The notes under the pieces: model-generated
What the model saw: the letters and a program-made list of their open reading frames with translations, nothing else
What the model was told of the DNA's origin: nothing
Database searches by the model: none
Shown here: positions 1-13,811 of the stretch, one piece after another
Position numbering within the stretch: the first letter of the stretch is position 1
How the letters are laid out: each line of letters starts with the position of its first letter
Source of the DNA: Octopus sinensis
Taxonomy: Eukaryota
Assembly (NCBI RefSeq): GCF_006345805.1
Contig: NC_043003.1
Location: 82,088,001 to 82,152,000, forward strand
DNA length: 64,000 bases
Reading direction: 5' to 3'
Program-made: the position numbers and the translations under genes

Positions 1-409
1 TGTTTTGATGAAGCTTGTCACATCTTACTGGTTGTCAGTTTAAATTTACATTTAAGTCTTACATTGTCTCATAAAATTTAAATATGGAATATGAAATTTT
101 ATGCAAAAATTTTCAGAATTACTTTGTTTTGCGCATTATCGGTATAACAAATACATGTTGGTACGATTCTACTAGTTATTAATACGTTTCTATTGACACA
201 TTTTGAGTTGTTTCTATGACATGAAATGACATAAAACAAAAGCAAAACTTTCATTTATAATGGGCAATATAATTATAAAGGCAATGATGTGAAGAAATTA
301 ATGGCAGCATAACTTTTATTTCTAAAGTAAAGACTTCTATAAAAAGTTGTGCGTATACCATATTTAGCACATTTTTATGATCCAAAGAAAGTTGTGAAAA
401 TACTTTACC

Positions 410-1560
410 GCCCACCCTAACTTTGTAACGATGTAAGAAAATTATTGAGGAAATGAAACTCTGACGAAATACCCAACTACAAATAGCAATATGTGCTGAC
501 AACAAATTCTCGCAAGAATTTATGAATAAATATTAATTTGATTTGCTACAAGGCATAAAACAATTTTCTATATTGGAAAGACATTGCATTTAAATGATAG
601 ATTGCCAGAGTACAATTGAGATAGGTGAATAATTTAAAAACATTATTTTGATTTTCATAAAATTATATTAGTTGAATTACTGAAATAGAAATTTGATGTA
701 CGAAATGCAGTGAATTGGTGAGGTTGGATATAATATTTCGTAAAATTAATACAATTCTGGTTTACAATAAATCATAAAAATATGAATTCAAAAGTAAATT
801 CGATTTCTTTGCTATCTCACGGTCTAAAATATACTGTGAATATGTTATATTGTGTCACAACGGTATTCTGTTATATTGAACGTAATGCAGCGCCAAGTAT
901 GAGAAAACCCATTAATGTAGAGATGGATATAATAATTGTTTCAATTGCTTCGCCGCATTCTTTTGCTAGTAAAGATTTCTAATATCATAGAATGCAATTT
1001 CTATCACAGCAGTGGTGAGAAATCAAAGTAGCAATTCATTTATGACCGTTTGATATCTACATTGTGAAAACAATTGATATAATTTTGCTTTATTAATCCT
1101 AAATTACTGTAGTTTCTAATAACCATAGTTCCATAGTTCTACTTCAGTTTAGCAAATGTCTAAAATATATATGTATTACAAATTAGATAATCTACTCTCA
1201 CATTGGCAAGTATAAACCTAATTAGAAACTAAATATAGAATGGACTCTCCTTACGTTAACAGACATGAATTTTATCATTTTCAAATAGATATTTTGAAGC
1301 ATCATATGTAGTACAATAAAGCTAAACGTTTGCAAGTTAATCTTTACAAGTATACTAACATAACACTTTCTGTCCAATAAACGTGAGAAATATAGAAATG
1401 TATTAAATCTGTTGGACAAAAAAGAAACATACAAGTCAAGATTATCGCTTAAACTGTTAGATGCATGAAGCATTTCTCTTTCAAATTTGTGTTATATTTA
1501 ATAAAAGGGTATATTTGAAAATGTGATTGAGATATAACCTCTGAGAAAAATAGGTGTCCC
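410..1560 (-). pseudogene. Heavily decayed Toll-like receptor-like relic (LRR, LRRCT, TM, TIR order)
   Basis: Manual minus-strand translation across stops and frameshifts gives, in order: LRR-like LQNIYLKMIKF; LRRCT-like ILYLVSN*VYTCQCE (CQC at 1208-1200); KEC followed by hydrophobic IIISISTLMGFLILGAAL (936-883); then EYRCD and TIR-like IHIFMIYCKPELY*FYEILYP..HCISYIKF; later STYCYL*. Many stops. Recognition rests on motif order only. Confidence 0.4.
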
Positions 1561-2329
1561 TGTGACTGAAATACATATGATCCTGCATGCTTACATAGCA
1601 TCATCTTCATCACTACTATGATCATCATCGTCGTCGTCGTCATGATCATCGTTACCATCGTCATCATCATTCAATATAACGGCAAGAGTTATCTATAAGA
1701 CCAACACTTTTACCGGAGTTGAGAATCATTTTGTAAATGTGAGAATCTACTGATAATTCTTACTACAGTTATTTTTCATTTACTTTCATTTTATTTCATT
1801 GTTGAATACAATATATTTCAATAAAGTTATGATGGAACCAGTTGAAATGAACAAAAAAACTTATAAAATCTAAGCAAACAACTTGCGTTTCATGTTTTGG
1901 TGACATGCGACATTTATACACCTTTTCTATTTAATAAGCAGTAAACTGGCATTCAAAATGATGTACAAACGTTTACTGTCGCAGTGAATATTGTTATTGG
2001 ATTATTCTACAATTTTAATGCATACTTCTTTTAAATATATACATATTCAATAAAAGATGAGCATAATATTATCAAAAGTTGTACTTTATATATACAAATT
2101 TCTATATTCATCATTATTGTGTATCTTTCTTACTGATTTGAAGATCTAGCTTCTCTTTCTAGCAATACGAGTAATCACATAAAAGTGTCACATTTTAAAA
2201 TATACATTTGCATGTTTGCAATTGCTGTTCGAAATTATTATTAAAAAGTTAATGTTATGCAACATAGTGTGCATGTATATTGTATGTGCCTAAGCGGTTT
2301 TTCATTTAGTGTCGTGAATTTATATCCAA

Positions 2330-2745
2330 GCGTAGGAGTGACTATGGGGTAAGTAGCTTGCTTACGAACCACATGGTTCCTGGTTCAGTCCCACTGCATG
2401 GCATCTTGGGTTAGTGTCTTCTACAATAGCCTCGAGCCGACCAAAACTTTGTGAGTGGATTTGGGTAGACGGAGACTGAAAGAAGCCGGTCGTATATATG
2501 TATATATTTATGTATGTGTGTGTGTATGTTTGTGTGTCTGTGGTTGTCCACCCAACCTCGCTTGACAACCGATACTGGTGTGTTTACATCCCCGTAACTT
2601 AGCGGTTCGCAAAAGAGACCGATAGAATAAGTACTAGGCTTACAAAGAATAAATCCTAGGGTCGATTTGTTCGACTAAAGGCGGTGATCCAGCACGGCCA
2701 CAATCAAATGACTGAAGCAAGTAAAAGAGTAAAAGAGTAAAGAGA
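2330..2745 (+). mobile_element. tRNA-derived SINE, family A (internal CA/TA microsatellite, AAAGAGT tail)
   Basis: tRNA-like head with B-box-like GGTTCAGTCCCA, internal (TA/TG)n, and a GTAAAAGA-repeat tail. Collinear with the copy at 56966-57420 and the reverse copy at 44470-44825. Confidence 0.85.
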
Positions 2746-3932
2746 GAGAGAGAGAGTATTTATGGTAAACGTCTATTGCATGCGAGCCTCATTCTTTGTG
2801 CATGTTGATTGATTTGTGGTGGTTATAGAAATAGTATTTTGTCACGCATGTGTATATGATTTTATACTGTACGCAATCCTCAGAAGCACTTTTAGCAGAC
2901 ATATAAAAATATGACACAATACTTGGAGATATCGAGTGAACATATATCGAAATTTTTTTATTACATTTTTGTGGATAAATTGAGTTAAGAAAACAATTCT
3001 CTTTTGAAAGAGAAAAGTAATAAACAATTCTGTATGAATAAATGGAGAATTGTAACTTTTCAAATATTAATATGTTTTCTAAAATATTTTAAAGGCATAT
3101 GATCGCTATTAATTTATTTCTAGAAACTTAGGAGATGGATCAGTATCTTCCTGACCTCTAAGCTGAATATGTGACAATTTATTTTCTGTTGTTTTCTTCA
3201 CATAGGGGTGGTCAATAAGAAATATATACTTTGAAGAAAAATTCAAACTGTGTGCGTATTAGAGAATACTGAGTAGAAGTTTGTTTTATTAGTCTTCCAA
3301 TGCTTAGCTAAAATACAATGGTCTGGGTTAACATAAAACATAGAATATTCTAAGAAGCAGCGAAGAAAATGAAGCTTCGCCTGAAATAATATTGAAGCAA
3401 GCAAACATACTTTGCAAGCACTATTTCACAAGTATATATTCGAACAAAAAATTTTGCCTTGTCTAAAATGTATTTTAATGTTATAGTTTCGAAAGTAGAT
3501 GTATTGGCTAAACATATACTGAAAAACAATATTTAATGAGGATAGAACATGGATAATAATCAATCAAAATTATTCCGTGTAACATTCGCCTGCCTACTTT
3601 TAACGCTTTTTTTTCTTGCACAAAACCTAGATACAAATGCACAGGTACGTGGTGCATGCTTTTGTGATATGTATGTGTGTCGGTATGTACGTGTGTATCT
3701 GTGTGTGCATGTGTATTTATTAATATATATATATATATATATTGAGTCATCCCATAGATAATGCTGTTTCTTCAACTGCATGGTCTAAAGGTCGGAGGGA
3801 TAGGATAAACTACCAGCATCAACTTGCTATAAAACAGGTAGTAATTTTACCTTGTAGTTATTCTTAGTGCAAATCTAGAAGCATGCAGATAGATTTTAAC
3901 AGTTATTTTTCAAAACTATAAAGTCACAATAT

Positions 3933-4116
3933 TCTTTTGCACTCTAGGCACAAGGCCTGAAATTTGGTGGGGGGCAGTCGATTAGATCGAACCAGTAATT
4001 AATTTATCGACCCCGAAAGGATGAAAGAAAAAGTCGACCTCGTTGGAATTTGAACTCTAGTGTAAAAACAGACGAAATACCGCTAAGCATTTTTCCCCCG
4101 GCGTGCTAACGTTTCT
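3933..4116 (-). mobile_element. tRNA-derived SINE, family B
   Basis: Reverse complement has a head ...GTTAGCACGCCGG...GAGTTCAAATTCC and a core TTTCATCCTTTCGGGGTCGATAAATT shared with about 12 other copies in the window. Confidence 0.85.
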
Positions 4117-4346
4117 TATTTCTTTATTGCCCAAAACGGTCTAAACCTAGAGGTGACAAACAAGGACAGACAAACTTATTAAGTCGATTATATCGACCCC
4201 AGTGCGTAACTGGTACTTATTTAATCGACCCCGAAATGATGAAAGGCAAAGTCGACCTCGCCGGAATTTGAACTCAGAACGTAACGGCAGACAAAATACG
4301 GCTACGCATTTAGCCCGGCGTGCTAACGCTTCTGCCAACTCACCGC
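4117..4346 (-). mobile_element. tRNA-derived SINE, family B (different 3' tail)
   Basis: Full head GCGGTGAGTTGGCAGAAGCGTTAGCACGCC, B-box GTTCTGAGTTCAAATTCC and the same core. The 3' segment differs from the adjacent copy. Confidence 0.85.
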
Positions 4347-5535
4347 TTTAAGTGCCGTGCCAACATTAGAAACGATAATTAAATGGTCAAAAGTGTTGTA
4401 TTTCAAGAATCAGAAGAGCGTCAGTCAAATATAATTGTTGTTAGTTACATGAATATATTTCCTGAGTTCAGATTCTCCTCGTGTCAATGTTGCCTTTTCA
4501 TCCTTCGTTCATGTAAGATCATAAGGTCGTTAAATTATAATCGTTAAACTAAGTAGAAATCAATATATACAACGTGTCTATATTACAATCTATGCATTAA
4601 CTGCTAATCCCTCCGTTTACTCTAAATTATAAAACTCATATTGGTTATTGATTCGAAACATAGCATAACATTAAATATATGAAGCGTTCACTTTTTTCAT
4701 TTAGTTTCTGATTTGTGATATTGTTCTAGATATATAAAAGTAACCAATTCCTAAATAACGATCAGTATCTAAAATCACTCTTTCAATATTCACCGCCTGT
4801 GTACTTAGTATTACTGTAACAATTATAACAAACTATAAGAAATATAGTATTTGTCTGTTAGAGTATTTATTCCGTTAGTATTTTGAATCAATATGGATCA
4901 CACATCTACGCAATAAAATTCTCTTTTATAATTAATCTCTTGTCGTAAATTGTACAGTAGCCATACATCGCTTAACCATCAATAATATTGATTTCTAACA
5001 TCAGAAATATTTATGTCTAACATTTATCCATTAATAATATTAATTATTATTTCTGAATTAGCCTATTACGTCGAGTGTTAAATGACTAGCTTAGGAACAA
5101 AGCAGGTTGAGAATATTTGATACAAAATGTGTTATCAAGGAGTGCTCGTTAAATTCTGAGGGAATACACAATTTACTTGGATTTATATTGAGTCAATATT
5201 AATATATTTACTATTCTCATATATACAAGTTCAAGGGTTAATTAGAATTTTTATTAAAATATTGAAATAAGTACTATGTCATATTTTAACAAATGAAGCC
5301 TCTATTGGCTTGCACAAAATTGTTCTAAAATTTATTATGCTTACCAATCTATCCATAGTAATGACAACGCCATATATTACAGAATAATTAAACGTTGTTG
5401 GAATTAAGCTCTTCTTATTTAGTATAATTAAAGCAATCTTAAAATCGACAAACTTCAAGAAACTGAAATGGCTTTCTCGTCAACATAATCAGCATGTAAA
5501 CCACATTTCCTCTTGCCGACATTGCAAAAATATTT

Positions 5536-5712
5536 AAGGCGAGAGAAATTGCTTAGCAGTGTTTCACCCGTTCTGAATTTAAATACCACCGAGATTGATT
5601 TTGTCTTTCATTCTTTCAGCGTCGATAAAATGAGTACCAGTTGAAGAATGAGTCGATGTAATCAACTTATTCCCTTTCCGAAATTACTGGCCTTGTGCCA
5701 ACAATTGAAACC
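5536..5712 (+). mobile_element. SINE family B, diverged
   Basis: Contains TTTGTCTTTCATTCTTTCAGCGTCGATAAAATGAGTACCAG core and a GGCCTTGTGCC 3' motif. Confidence 0.7.
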
Positions 5713-6117
5713 AAATTTACAACATGAACTCTTCCAAACTGAAGCGAAAACTCTTGGGAAACAAGTTGTCAATACTTTTGATAACACCAATGCTGTTCGC
5801 ATCTTTTTTTATGAAATGAGTCACCCTTGGAATTTTCATTTTGTACTTGAAAGAAGATTAAAACCCTCTTTATATCTAGAAGACCTTGTTGAATGAAAAT
5901 ATCTGCCTTGTTTCTATTTGGTTATTTTAGATTTAAAAAAAAAGGGAATGACGTGGTTTCAGGAAAAAGTCTAGAGTTGAACTTCCGGAAATTTGTGATT
6001 GAGGCTCATTACGGATAGTAACTGAACGTAATGCAAATATAGTAGAGGAGGTTTGGCCGAACGCAGTTTTACTAGAGAGATATAGTGTTCATTGTGGCAC
6101 TAGTGCAAAAAGATTTT

Positions 6118-7320
6118 TAAGGATTTAAACGTGGCTCTCGTTCTACTGCTGATCGGCTGTTGTTATAGGCATGATCTACTGATTTATGAATTAATCAAGA
6201 GAGGTTCGTCCTCTAACTCACGATCTAGCCAAAGTCTTTAAAAGGATTCGTCATGCAGGTTTGCTCAGTAAGCTAATTGCCAATGGTATATGTGGAAAGG
6301 TCTTTGATGTTCTCATGTCATTTCTTTCTGGTCGTTGTATACGTATGACTCTGGACGGTGTTAATTCTGAGTATTCTATCAATGCCGATGTTCCTCATAG
6401 CTCTTTTCTTGGTCCATCTCTAATTCTATTCTGCTTCAGCGATTATGCCGATAATGTTACTGTTTATTCGGTTTCTTCTTTTTCTTTGTCTGTGTGAACA
6501 CCCTCTCCATTGAAACAGTTGGAATTTGCTGCTATTTTTGGGGCGGACCTGTAGGTTGTTCAGAAATGGTGAGGGAAGTGGCTATTAAAATTCAGTGCTA
6601 GCATAACCGAACTCAAGTTTTTCAGTTTTTCAGTCCCTATGCTCCTACCATATATGTGAGTTACAGCTCTGAGTTAGCACATGATGAGAAAGTCAATCCA
6701 CTGGAGGAAAAGTTCTTCTATCATGTTGCTTGGTCTTCATTTCTAACCTGATCTTTATTGTGGTTTCTTAAATTTAGTCATTTATGTCACATATCTACTT
6801 CACATCCGAGGCCATTCTATAACGTTACAAGTCCACTATTTGTTCTTGTATGGAATGGCGTTGTCATATTTGGGCAGGTCCATCATCTTGTCACTTGGAT
6901 TTCCTGGACTGAATTCAGAAGCACACCTCTAAATTGATTGGTCGCTCTCTTGCTTCAATTCTGCAGCCCTTATCACAGCAATATGAGAGTCGTCAGCCTT
7001 AGTCTATTCTGTCGTTACTACCACAGGAAGTACTCTGATGAATTTTCTTTCTTAGTTCCAGATCACTTTGTGCTGTCTCACCCGAATCAAATCACATAGC
7101 CACTTCAGATGCTGTTGTGCTTCCACGATAATCTAACTCTTCCTACAAGAGTAACTTTCTTCTTCGAATTGCCAGACTTTGGAACGCTCTTCCATTTCAT
7201 TGTTTTCCTTCGTTTTATGAAATAAACCCTTTCAAGTCTAAAGTAAATTCATACCTTTCGTATTAACTTCTCCTTTTTCCCAAACTACGTAACACTAAGT
7301 GGCTTTTGGCTTTGTTAGGA
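6118..7320 (+). mobile_element. 5'-truncated LINE (CR1/L2/Jockey group) reverse transcriptase relic
   Basis: Collinear RT motifs across frameshifts: GFKRGSRSTAD, DLAKVFKRIRHAGLLSKL, DVPHSSFLGP (QG motif), DYADNVTVYS (YADD), KWLLKFS, CHIWAGPSSCHLD, RIARLWNALP, FKSKVN. Confidence 0.85.
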
Positions 7321-7429
7321 ACATTCAATTCAAGAAAAATGTTATATCAAATTAGCAGGAATTTTCTGTCTCTTTAATACAGTATAGGATGTATATCTGT
7401 TGCATTTCTCTAGATTCGTTACCATTCCT

Positions 7430-7640
7430 CTAATACAGGGTTCACTTTTACATATAAGTTTATCAACCGATCAGTTCTCCCAATTCTCAAATATTCTATG
7501 TTCCTAAAGTAGAAGGCTTGTATTTGAGATGCATATTGACAGTGTTACATAAAAAATTAAATATCGCCCTTGATTGATTGTCCGACGTAGCATTCGTTGT
7601 ATCTTTGAATGCTTTACCTGTGTGGAATTCATATTCCAGC
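7430..7640 (-). mobile_element. Possible PLE GIY-YIG endonuclease remnant
   Basis: Minus strand reads NECYVGQSIK and later LINLYVKVNPVL, resembling the YVGQT and EALYI..P.LN motifs. Short and interrupted. Confidence 0.25.
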
Positions 7641-9609
7641 AATGTATAGTAGAATACTAATTCCTTCTTATACATAGCATTTTAATTTACGCTATTGACG
7701 GAAACTTTGGCTAACGCATATTAGAAACAATATTTCCCCAGACCTCAGTTCATTGAAGCCGTAAACATCTGTTAAATAGCTCATGGCTGCATGTAGGTGA
7801 CACAAGGAATGAAACGAAAGGAAATGTAAAACTATTGTTTTCATAGAAGTATATGCATGTATAAATATATAATAGAAGTATATGCATGTGGAAATACAAG
7901 GAAAATATGTCAGAGTCGTAGTCAATAATTGGAACAGTTAACATCCCCATTACGATATCGTATCTAATCATATCAAATGTTAACTTAACTCAGTTAATAT
8001 TCTACGATTTGCTACCTCTTGTTTATTTTTGTCCGTGTTATTATATCCATAATATATTTCTTTGCTTCATCTCTGTTTATGTCCAACTACTTCTGTTTTT
8101 TTTCCTCCGTTTAAACCTTACAATCTAACATATTTTATTTTACTATAACAGTAAAATAAATTGTGAACCATTGAATATATATGTAAAACTTCTTAGAACT
8201 CATATCTTATAACGCCTGGTTTATTTTTGTAAACCATATTAGGAGCATAAGACTATAAATACATATTACTGTCACATTAAAATGCGGTATACATGAGTCT
8301 AAATAACATCGCTGAAAAAACTTAGTTATAGTAGAAAACGCTGCACAAAATCACATGAAAACACACGTGTTCGTATGTGTGTGCTTATATACCCATACAA
8401 AGAGAAAGAAAGATAACGCTCTATGGTTAAGAAACTCACTACTCAAATATGTTTTCAGGTTCTTTAATATATGTGAGGAAATTATTTCAGGTTCTCCGAT
8501 AAAGTGTGTCTTTTCCCTGTTATATTCTTAATGAATTCTTATTTTCATTAATAAATTTTGTATATTTTAACCATTCTATTCTTCATTCCACTGTTTAATA
8601 AAAAATAAAAATTAACGGAAGTGTCTACACACTGGCATGTTCTTTTACATGTTTAAATCACTTGAATTGCCATTCAACCAAAAATAATCTTATATGTGTG
8701 TGTATGTATGTATGTATGTATGTGTATGTGCGCGTGCGTGCGCGCGCGTGTGTGTGTGTGTGTGTGTGTGTGTTACTCTGAGTGCGCTATAATCCAAGTT
8801 GTATCGTCATGGTGCATATCTGCATATTACAGTACTGCAAAGTATATTTGTAGTTTTATTTTAAATAACAATTGAAAATTTAGACATTACTGTTAAGCAC
8901 TGAAAATTATTAATTGCAGAGTAATTACATAAAACAGAAAAAAATGAAAAAAAATGTTTTTGGTATAATCTAATCCGCATTATATGTTTCGTTCTTAGTA
9001 GGAGTTACCTAGGTATAAATGTAGAAAAACATGTAAAATATGTAAAAACCTCTTGTTGGCTATTCTTCAGACAGAGAATTAAAATAATGCATTATTTTAA
9101 AGAATGAACCATATGTTATGCGGAAAAATGCCAAAGAATTGTTCCAAGTTCATGCTTTAATATGTGCGAGCGCTTGTATGTGCATATACATAAGTGAAAA
9201 CTTTAATGCAGAGATGTAGAAGTTTTAGTATAGACGAGAAGACATCAGCAGACTAGAGAATACATCTTATTGAAACTAGAGTAACAAATTATATTTAAGA
9301 TGAAAATTCACATTGCATAGCTTTCAGTGCATGGCTTTATAAACCATTAAAGTGAGAACGGTTAAGGGCAACATCATTTCCAGTGATACAATTATTACCA
9401 AGTGTATGAGAAGTTATTATAATACGGAAACGTGGAACAAAGCATCTATTAATCAAGATTATGACGTTAATGACGGGTGTTGTAAATATATTGGGGGATG
9501 AAGGTAAAATAATTATAGTATCTTTAATGTAAACTAACCTGTTCTGATTTTACACCTGCATACAAATTCAACCTTAGAAAAAGACAAATTGTCATTATTA
9601 CTGAACATA

Positions 9610-9985
9610 AATAAATTTAACTGCATCTTATTTTTTCGGTCGTCTTTTCGTTCTGATTTCAAATTCTGCCGAGCCAGGCTTTACCTTTCATCATTTTACA
9701 GGCAATAAAATATGTAATAGTTGAAAAATGCGGTCCATGTAAGCGGCTTACCTCTCCCCCAAAACTGCAGGTCCTGTGCCACATTCAGAACTTAACATTA
9801 CAGCAAAATACTGCTGTATCTCAATTCTTCTGCCGACTTTATGTTTTGAATTGAAATGCTTACCGAGGTCGATTTTGCATTTCATCACTTCGGAATCGAC
9901 AAAATAATCACCAGTCGAACATTGAGGTTGATGTTATCGACTTTCTCCTTCCCGTGGAACTGCAGGTCATGTGCCAAAAATGTAG
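9610..9985 (+). mobile_element. Two tandem diverged SINE family B copies
   Basis: GTTCTGATTTCAAATTCTGCCGAG...CCTTTCATC near 9650 and GAGGTCGATTTTGCATTTCATC...ATCGACAAAATAATCACCAG near 9865. Both end in CTGCAGGTC(C/A)TGTGCC. Confidence 0.6.
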
Positions 9986-11013
9986 CTTGCACTTGTTTGA
10001 ATGAAGCTTAGAAATTACGAAGGTGCAATACATGTGACTTTAGTTTAAGCCTTTAGTCAAACAGTTATTTAAGTAGGCAACAATAATATGATCTTTCAGC
10101 ATTCTAAATGGACATATTGTCTTCAGATTTGGAGAAGTTGGATATCTTATGGACGCTTGTTCGCTAAATTTATGTCACTCTTACCGAATGTAGTTTAGAG
10201 TTCTCCTGATATGAAGGGCATCCACTTATTCATAACTGTAGTTGAGTGACAGAAACAAATGTCAGCGCCTAGGAATAGGTATCCCTTTTCTTATTTAAGT
10301 TAATTATCTTTACTAATAACGGGAAGCGCCCCGAAGTGATGAATATGATTAATACATATATATTTTCCTTTTTATTTATAATTATCAGATGTGGAAATGA
10401 ATGATATAGTCATTTCTTAGCAGTTTAAAGATTTCGGAAATACAATACTCATTATATTTGACCCATATCTTAGATATGGGTAAATAAAATTAAATTCTCT
10501 TAAATGCATATATTTTATCTCAAATGGTAACATATCTGGTACATTTTATTGTATTTACCCCTAGCTGCTGTCAATTCAGAAAATACATACGACAGATGCA
10601 GCAGACAGGCCCGGGAGCACGTAGATAGAAAAACAGAGAGGAAAGAAATAGACAAACGAGACTGAAAGTTTAATATTTTCAGTGAGAGAGAATTATATTT
10701 TGCCCAACATATATCCCATCTTTACATTGATTATGAGGGAACTGATAACTCTTTGCAGTTATTTTATTATTTATGGAATATTTTGATACGTGTTACAAAG
10801 GGAAGCATTTGTGTCAATGGCTGTAGAACACAGTCAATTTGCTTCCTCGCTTCACTTATTTGGTTTCTGGAAGCAGGTTAGGAATATAACTTCAGCTATA
10901 CCGCAATAAGTGTATAATTTGAACGATATTTTTTAAAATTTTGATTAATCGCATAATTACATCTTGATTGTTATTTTGTCACTTTAAATGCATTCTTTTT
11001 CTTTCCCTTATAG

Positions 11014-11142
11014 CTTATGACACTTCGAACGATTTACACAAAAAACAAACATCGGCCATTACATAGTATTCAAACTAATTCACGACCAATAATGGCTATT
11101 AACCACCGTGTTATTCGGACAAATATCAATTTTCCTAAACCT
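11014..11142 (+). CDS. Candidate internal coding exon of an unidentified host gene
   Basis: Strong acceptor TTCTTTTTCTTTCCCTTATAG and consensus donor GTAAGT. The 129 bp exon is fully open only in frame 0: LMTLRTIYTKNKHRPLHSIQTNSRPIMAINHRVIRTNINFPKP. No family recognised. Confidence 0.35.
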
Positions 11143-13229
11143 GTAAGTATATTTTGTTATTTCTGTTTTAACACTTTTATTGGGTGCCAAAAAGCTTTGA
11201 TTTGATATGATTCATTTTCTTTATACCTTGTATTATTTCATATAATTTTCTTTTAATTTTGATCATTGTCAGGGCAGAACAGAATATATATTGAATCATC
11301 AATAGATGCAAAATAGCTACCAGTCACTCATTTAGGTCGCTCTTCCTTTCTATTGTTGTTTACTTCTTTATTCTACAATTTTATATCACACTTTATAAAT
11401 ATCTCTCTCCATTAAAGCGACGTTCCCTTGATAAACTATATAAAGACGTTGTCTTCGGTGATGCCCCAGTGGCCATGTTTTATTATTGGTGTACTCATAT
11501 TTCAGATTTTATTTCAATAAAAATACTAGCTAAATAAAACGCATTTCATTTCAATTATCCATCGCAGTTTAACACATGGACACTACAATACTCAAAGGCC
11601 TGAATTTGGTATTCAATATTTCTAAATGTTACACTGGTTTCCTTTTGAACTTTGGACCTCCAAATCATACCATAGGCAATAATAAGTAATAATAATGACA
11701 GTAATAAACCAACAAATATTTGTAACTTTAACATATTACACTAGTGCACCCATTATGCGTTTCCTTTACAAGATATCAAAGCGAAACCAAACTGGATTGA
11801 ACTGACTATTTATTTAAGCGTATAACTGACAGAATGTTTGGAAACTAAAATGAAAAATCACTTTCGTAATGGGTTTATTCGACTTACATAGAAAATATGT
11901 TGAAATTGTCTTTTTAAGTTCATAGAGAAGCACACTGGTGTATGAATAAGTCAGTATATTCGTGGATACAAAATAAAAACAAATGTATTAACATTATTAA
12001 AATATATATAATCAGAAATGTGTAACTGTGGGTCTGAGCTAGCTGAGCTAGTGTAAGAGCGTGCTTGCGTGAATGTGTCCCCATATGAGTATTTGGGTAC
12101 AGTGACGATAAAAAATGGTATTCACATACACGCATTATTACAGGTATAGAAAAAGACACAGATAGACAAACGGACAGAAAATGACAGACGGGAATAGATA
12201 AAGAGAACGAAAGAGAAATAAAGAAAAACGCTTACGTATATCTTTATTGACTAAGTTCCTTTAAATTTTTCTTTCTCAAAAGACGAAATAGACGTTTGCA
12301 CGCATAGTTACTAGTGTTCGTGATTAACAGCATGAGACCTATCTTAAAGCATTGGTTTAATCTAACATTAAAACAATCTTATATCTTTTCTCGTATAGAA
12401 GCTATTACCTATTCTCTAAGAGTTTTCATAGAATTGCAAAACGATTTATTGTCTCACCATATGAAATATTTTCGTCGGGAAATATCCCAACTTAAAAAAA
12501 GAAAATACAAAATCCTGAAGATTTACAACATGAATGTTCTTAAAGATAATTTCTGCAGAAAAATATATCACCCATAAAGTCAACGACACTTCATCACTAC
12601 GTATAATTGGATTTTTGCCATTAATTTCACTCACCAGTAAATTTATTAATGCTGAATTAATTTGAACATTAGCGGTGGTTATTAATGTTTAGAATTACTT
12701 GTTCGCTACATAATATTTTTGCGATCTCCCTTTACAATAACGTCTTCCTTCCTTTCCTTTTCTTTTTTAGGAGTAACATATACATATGTGTGTGTGTGTG
12801 TGTGTGTGTATTACCCGTTTTCTTTTTATGCTACTGTGCCTAATTAAATATCCAATAGCACTGGAACATCTGAAAATATTTTAGGCAAAGATTTGCTTCC
12901 AATAATTGAAATAAACTTATTTAAACTGAAAAATGCTATGATATGCAAGATTATTTTCCCAGCTATACCTGTGAAAGACAAATAAATAAACTTTATTTTG
13001 AATTTACTTAATTTAGAGCACTGAAACTTATATTTTTACTTATCATTCATTTCAAGTTTCTAATTCCTGCTTAAAACTTTCTTGAAAAATCCTTTACTTT
13101 GCAAATCAAACTTTAAAAATATGGTAAATAGAGGTAAGATTCGCTTCATCCAGTGCTATAAGTCATATAGTCTCTTCTCAGCTCTTTCATCCTCTCCTGC
13201 CTTTTTTCACTCTCTATCTATCTATTCAT

Positions 13230-13252
13230 CTCTCTCTCTCTCTCTCTCTCTG

Positions 13253-13321
<69 letters not shown>

Positions 13322-13363
13322 ATATATATATATATATTATATATATATATATGTATATATGTA

Positions 13364-13404
<41 letters not shown>

Positions 13405-13435
13405 TTATATATATATATATGTATATATATATATT
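13230..13435. repeat. Compound (CT)n(TA)n microsatellite
   Basis: Seen directly in the sequence. Confidence 0.95.
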
Positions 13436-13811
13436 GATGTGATGTATCGGTTTTATATATTAAGAAAAATCTAAAATCCTACTTCATTTTTGTTAAATAC
13501 GAAGAATGCTGAAAAGTTTCTGGCTTTAACAATATTGCAAAAGGCCTGGTTGGAACCCCAATCTTCCATTGCAGTTACTTAGTGACATTACATACATTTT
13601 GAAATGGTAAAGTAGTATATGTAAGTCACCTGGAACATGTGCAATAATTGTGCTAACCTATAAACACACACACACATACACACACGTAAGCGCAGACATC
13701 TACGCATACATTCTCATACATACATATGTGATTTAATGTTCATGGTCGAAAAGAGTAAAAGAGAACAAGGTTTAAGTCGTGTTTGATATCATTAATGCAA
13801 TGCGCGAGGGT

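Noticed and set aside
1590-1695. Asp-rich minus-strand frame (ITLAVILNDDDDGNDDHDDDD...SSDEDDA) with AG and GTAAGC signals
   Set aside because: It is explained by a degenerate (GAT)n microsatellite, and no partner exon supports it.
2330-2420. tRNA-like A/B-box sequences at SINE heads
   Set aside because: No cloverleaf or anticodon arm can be built. They continue into SINE bodies, so they are not tRNA genes.
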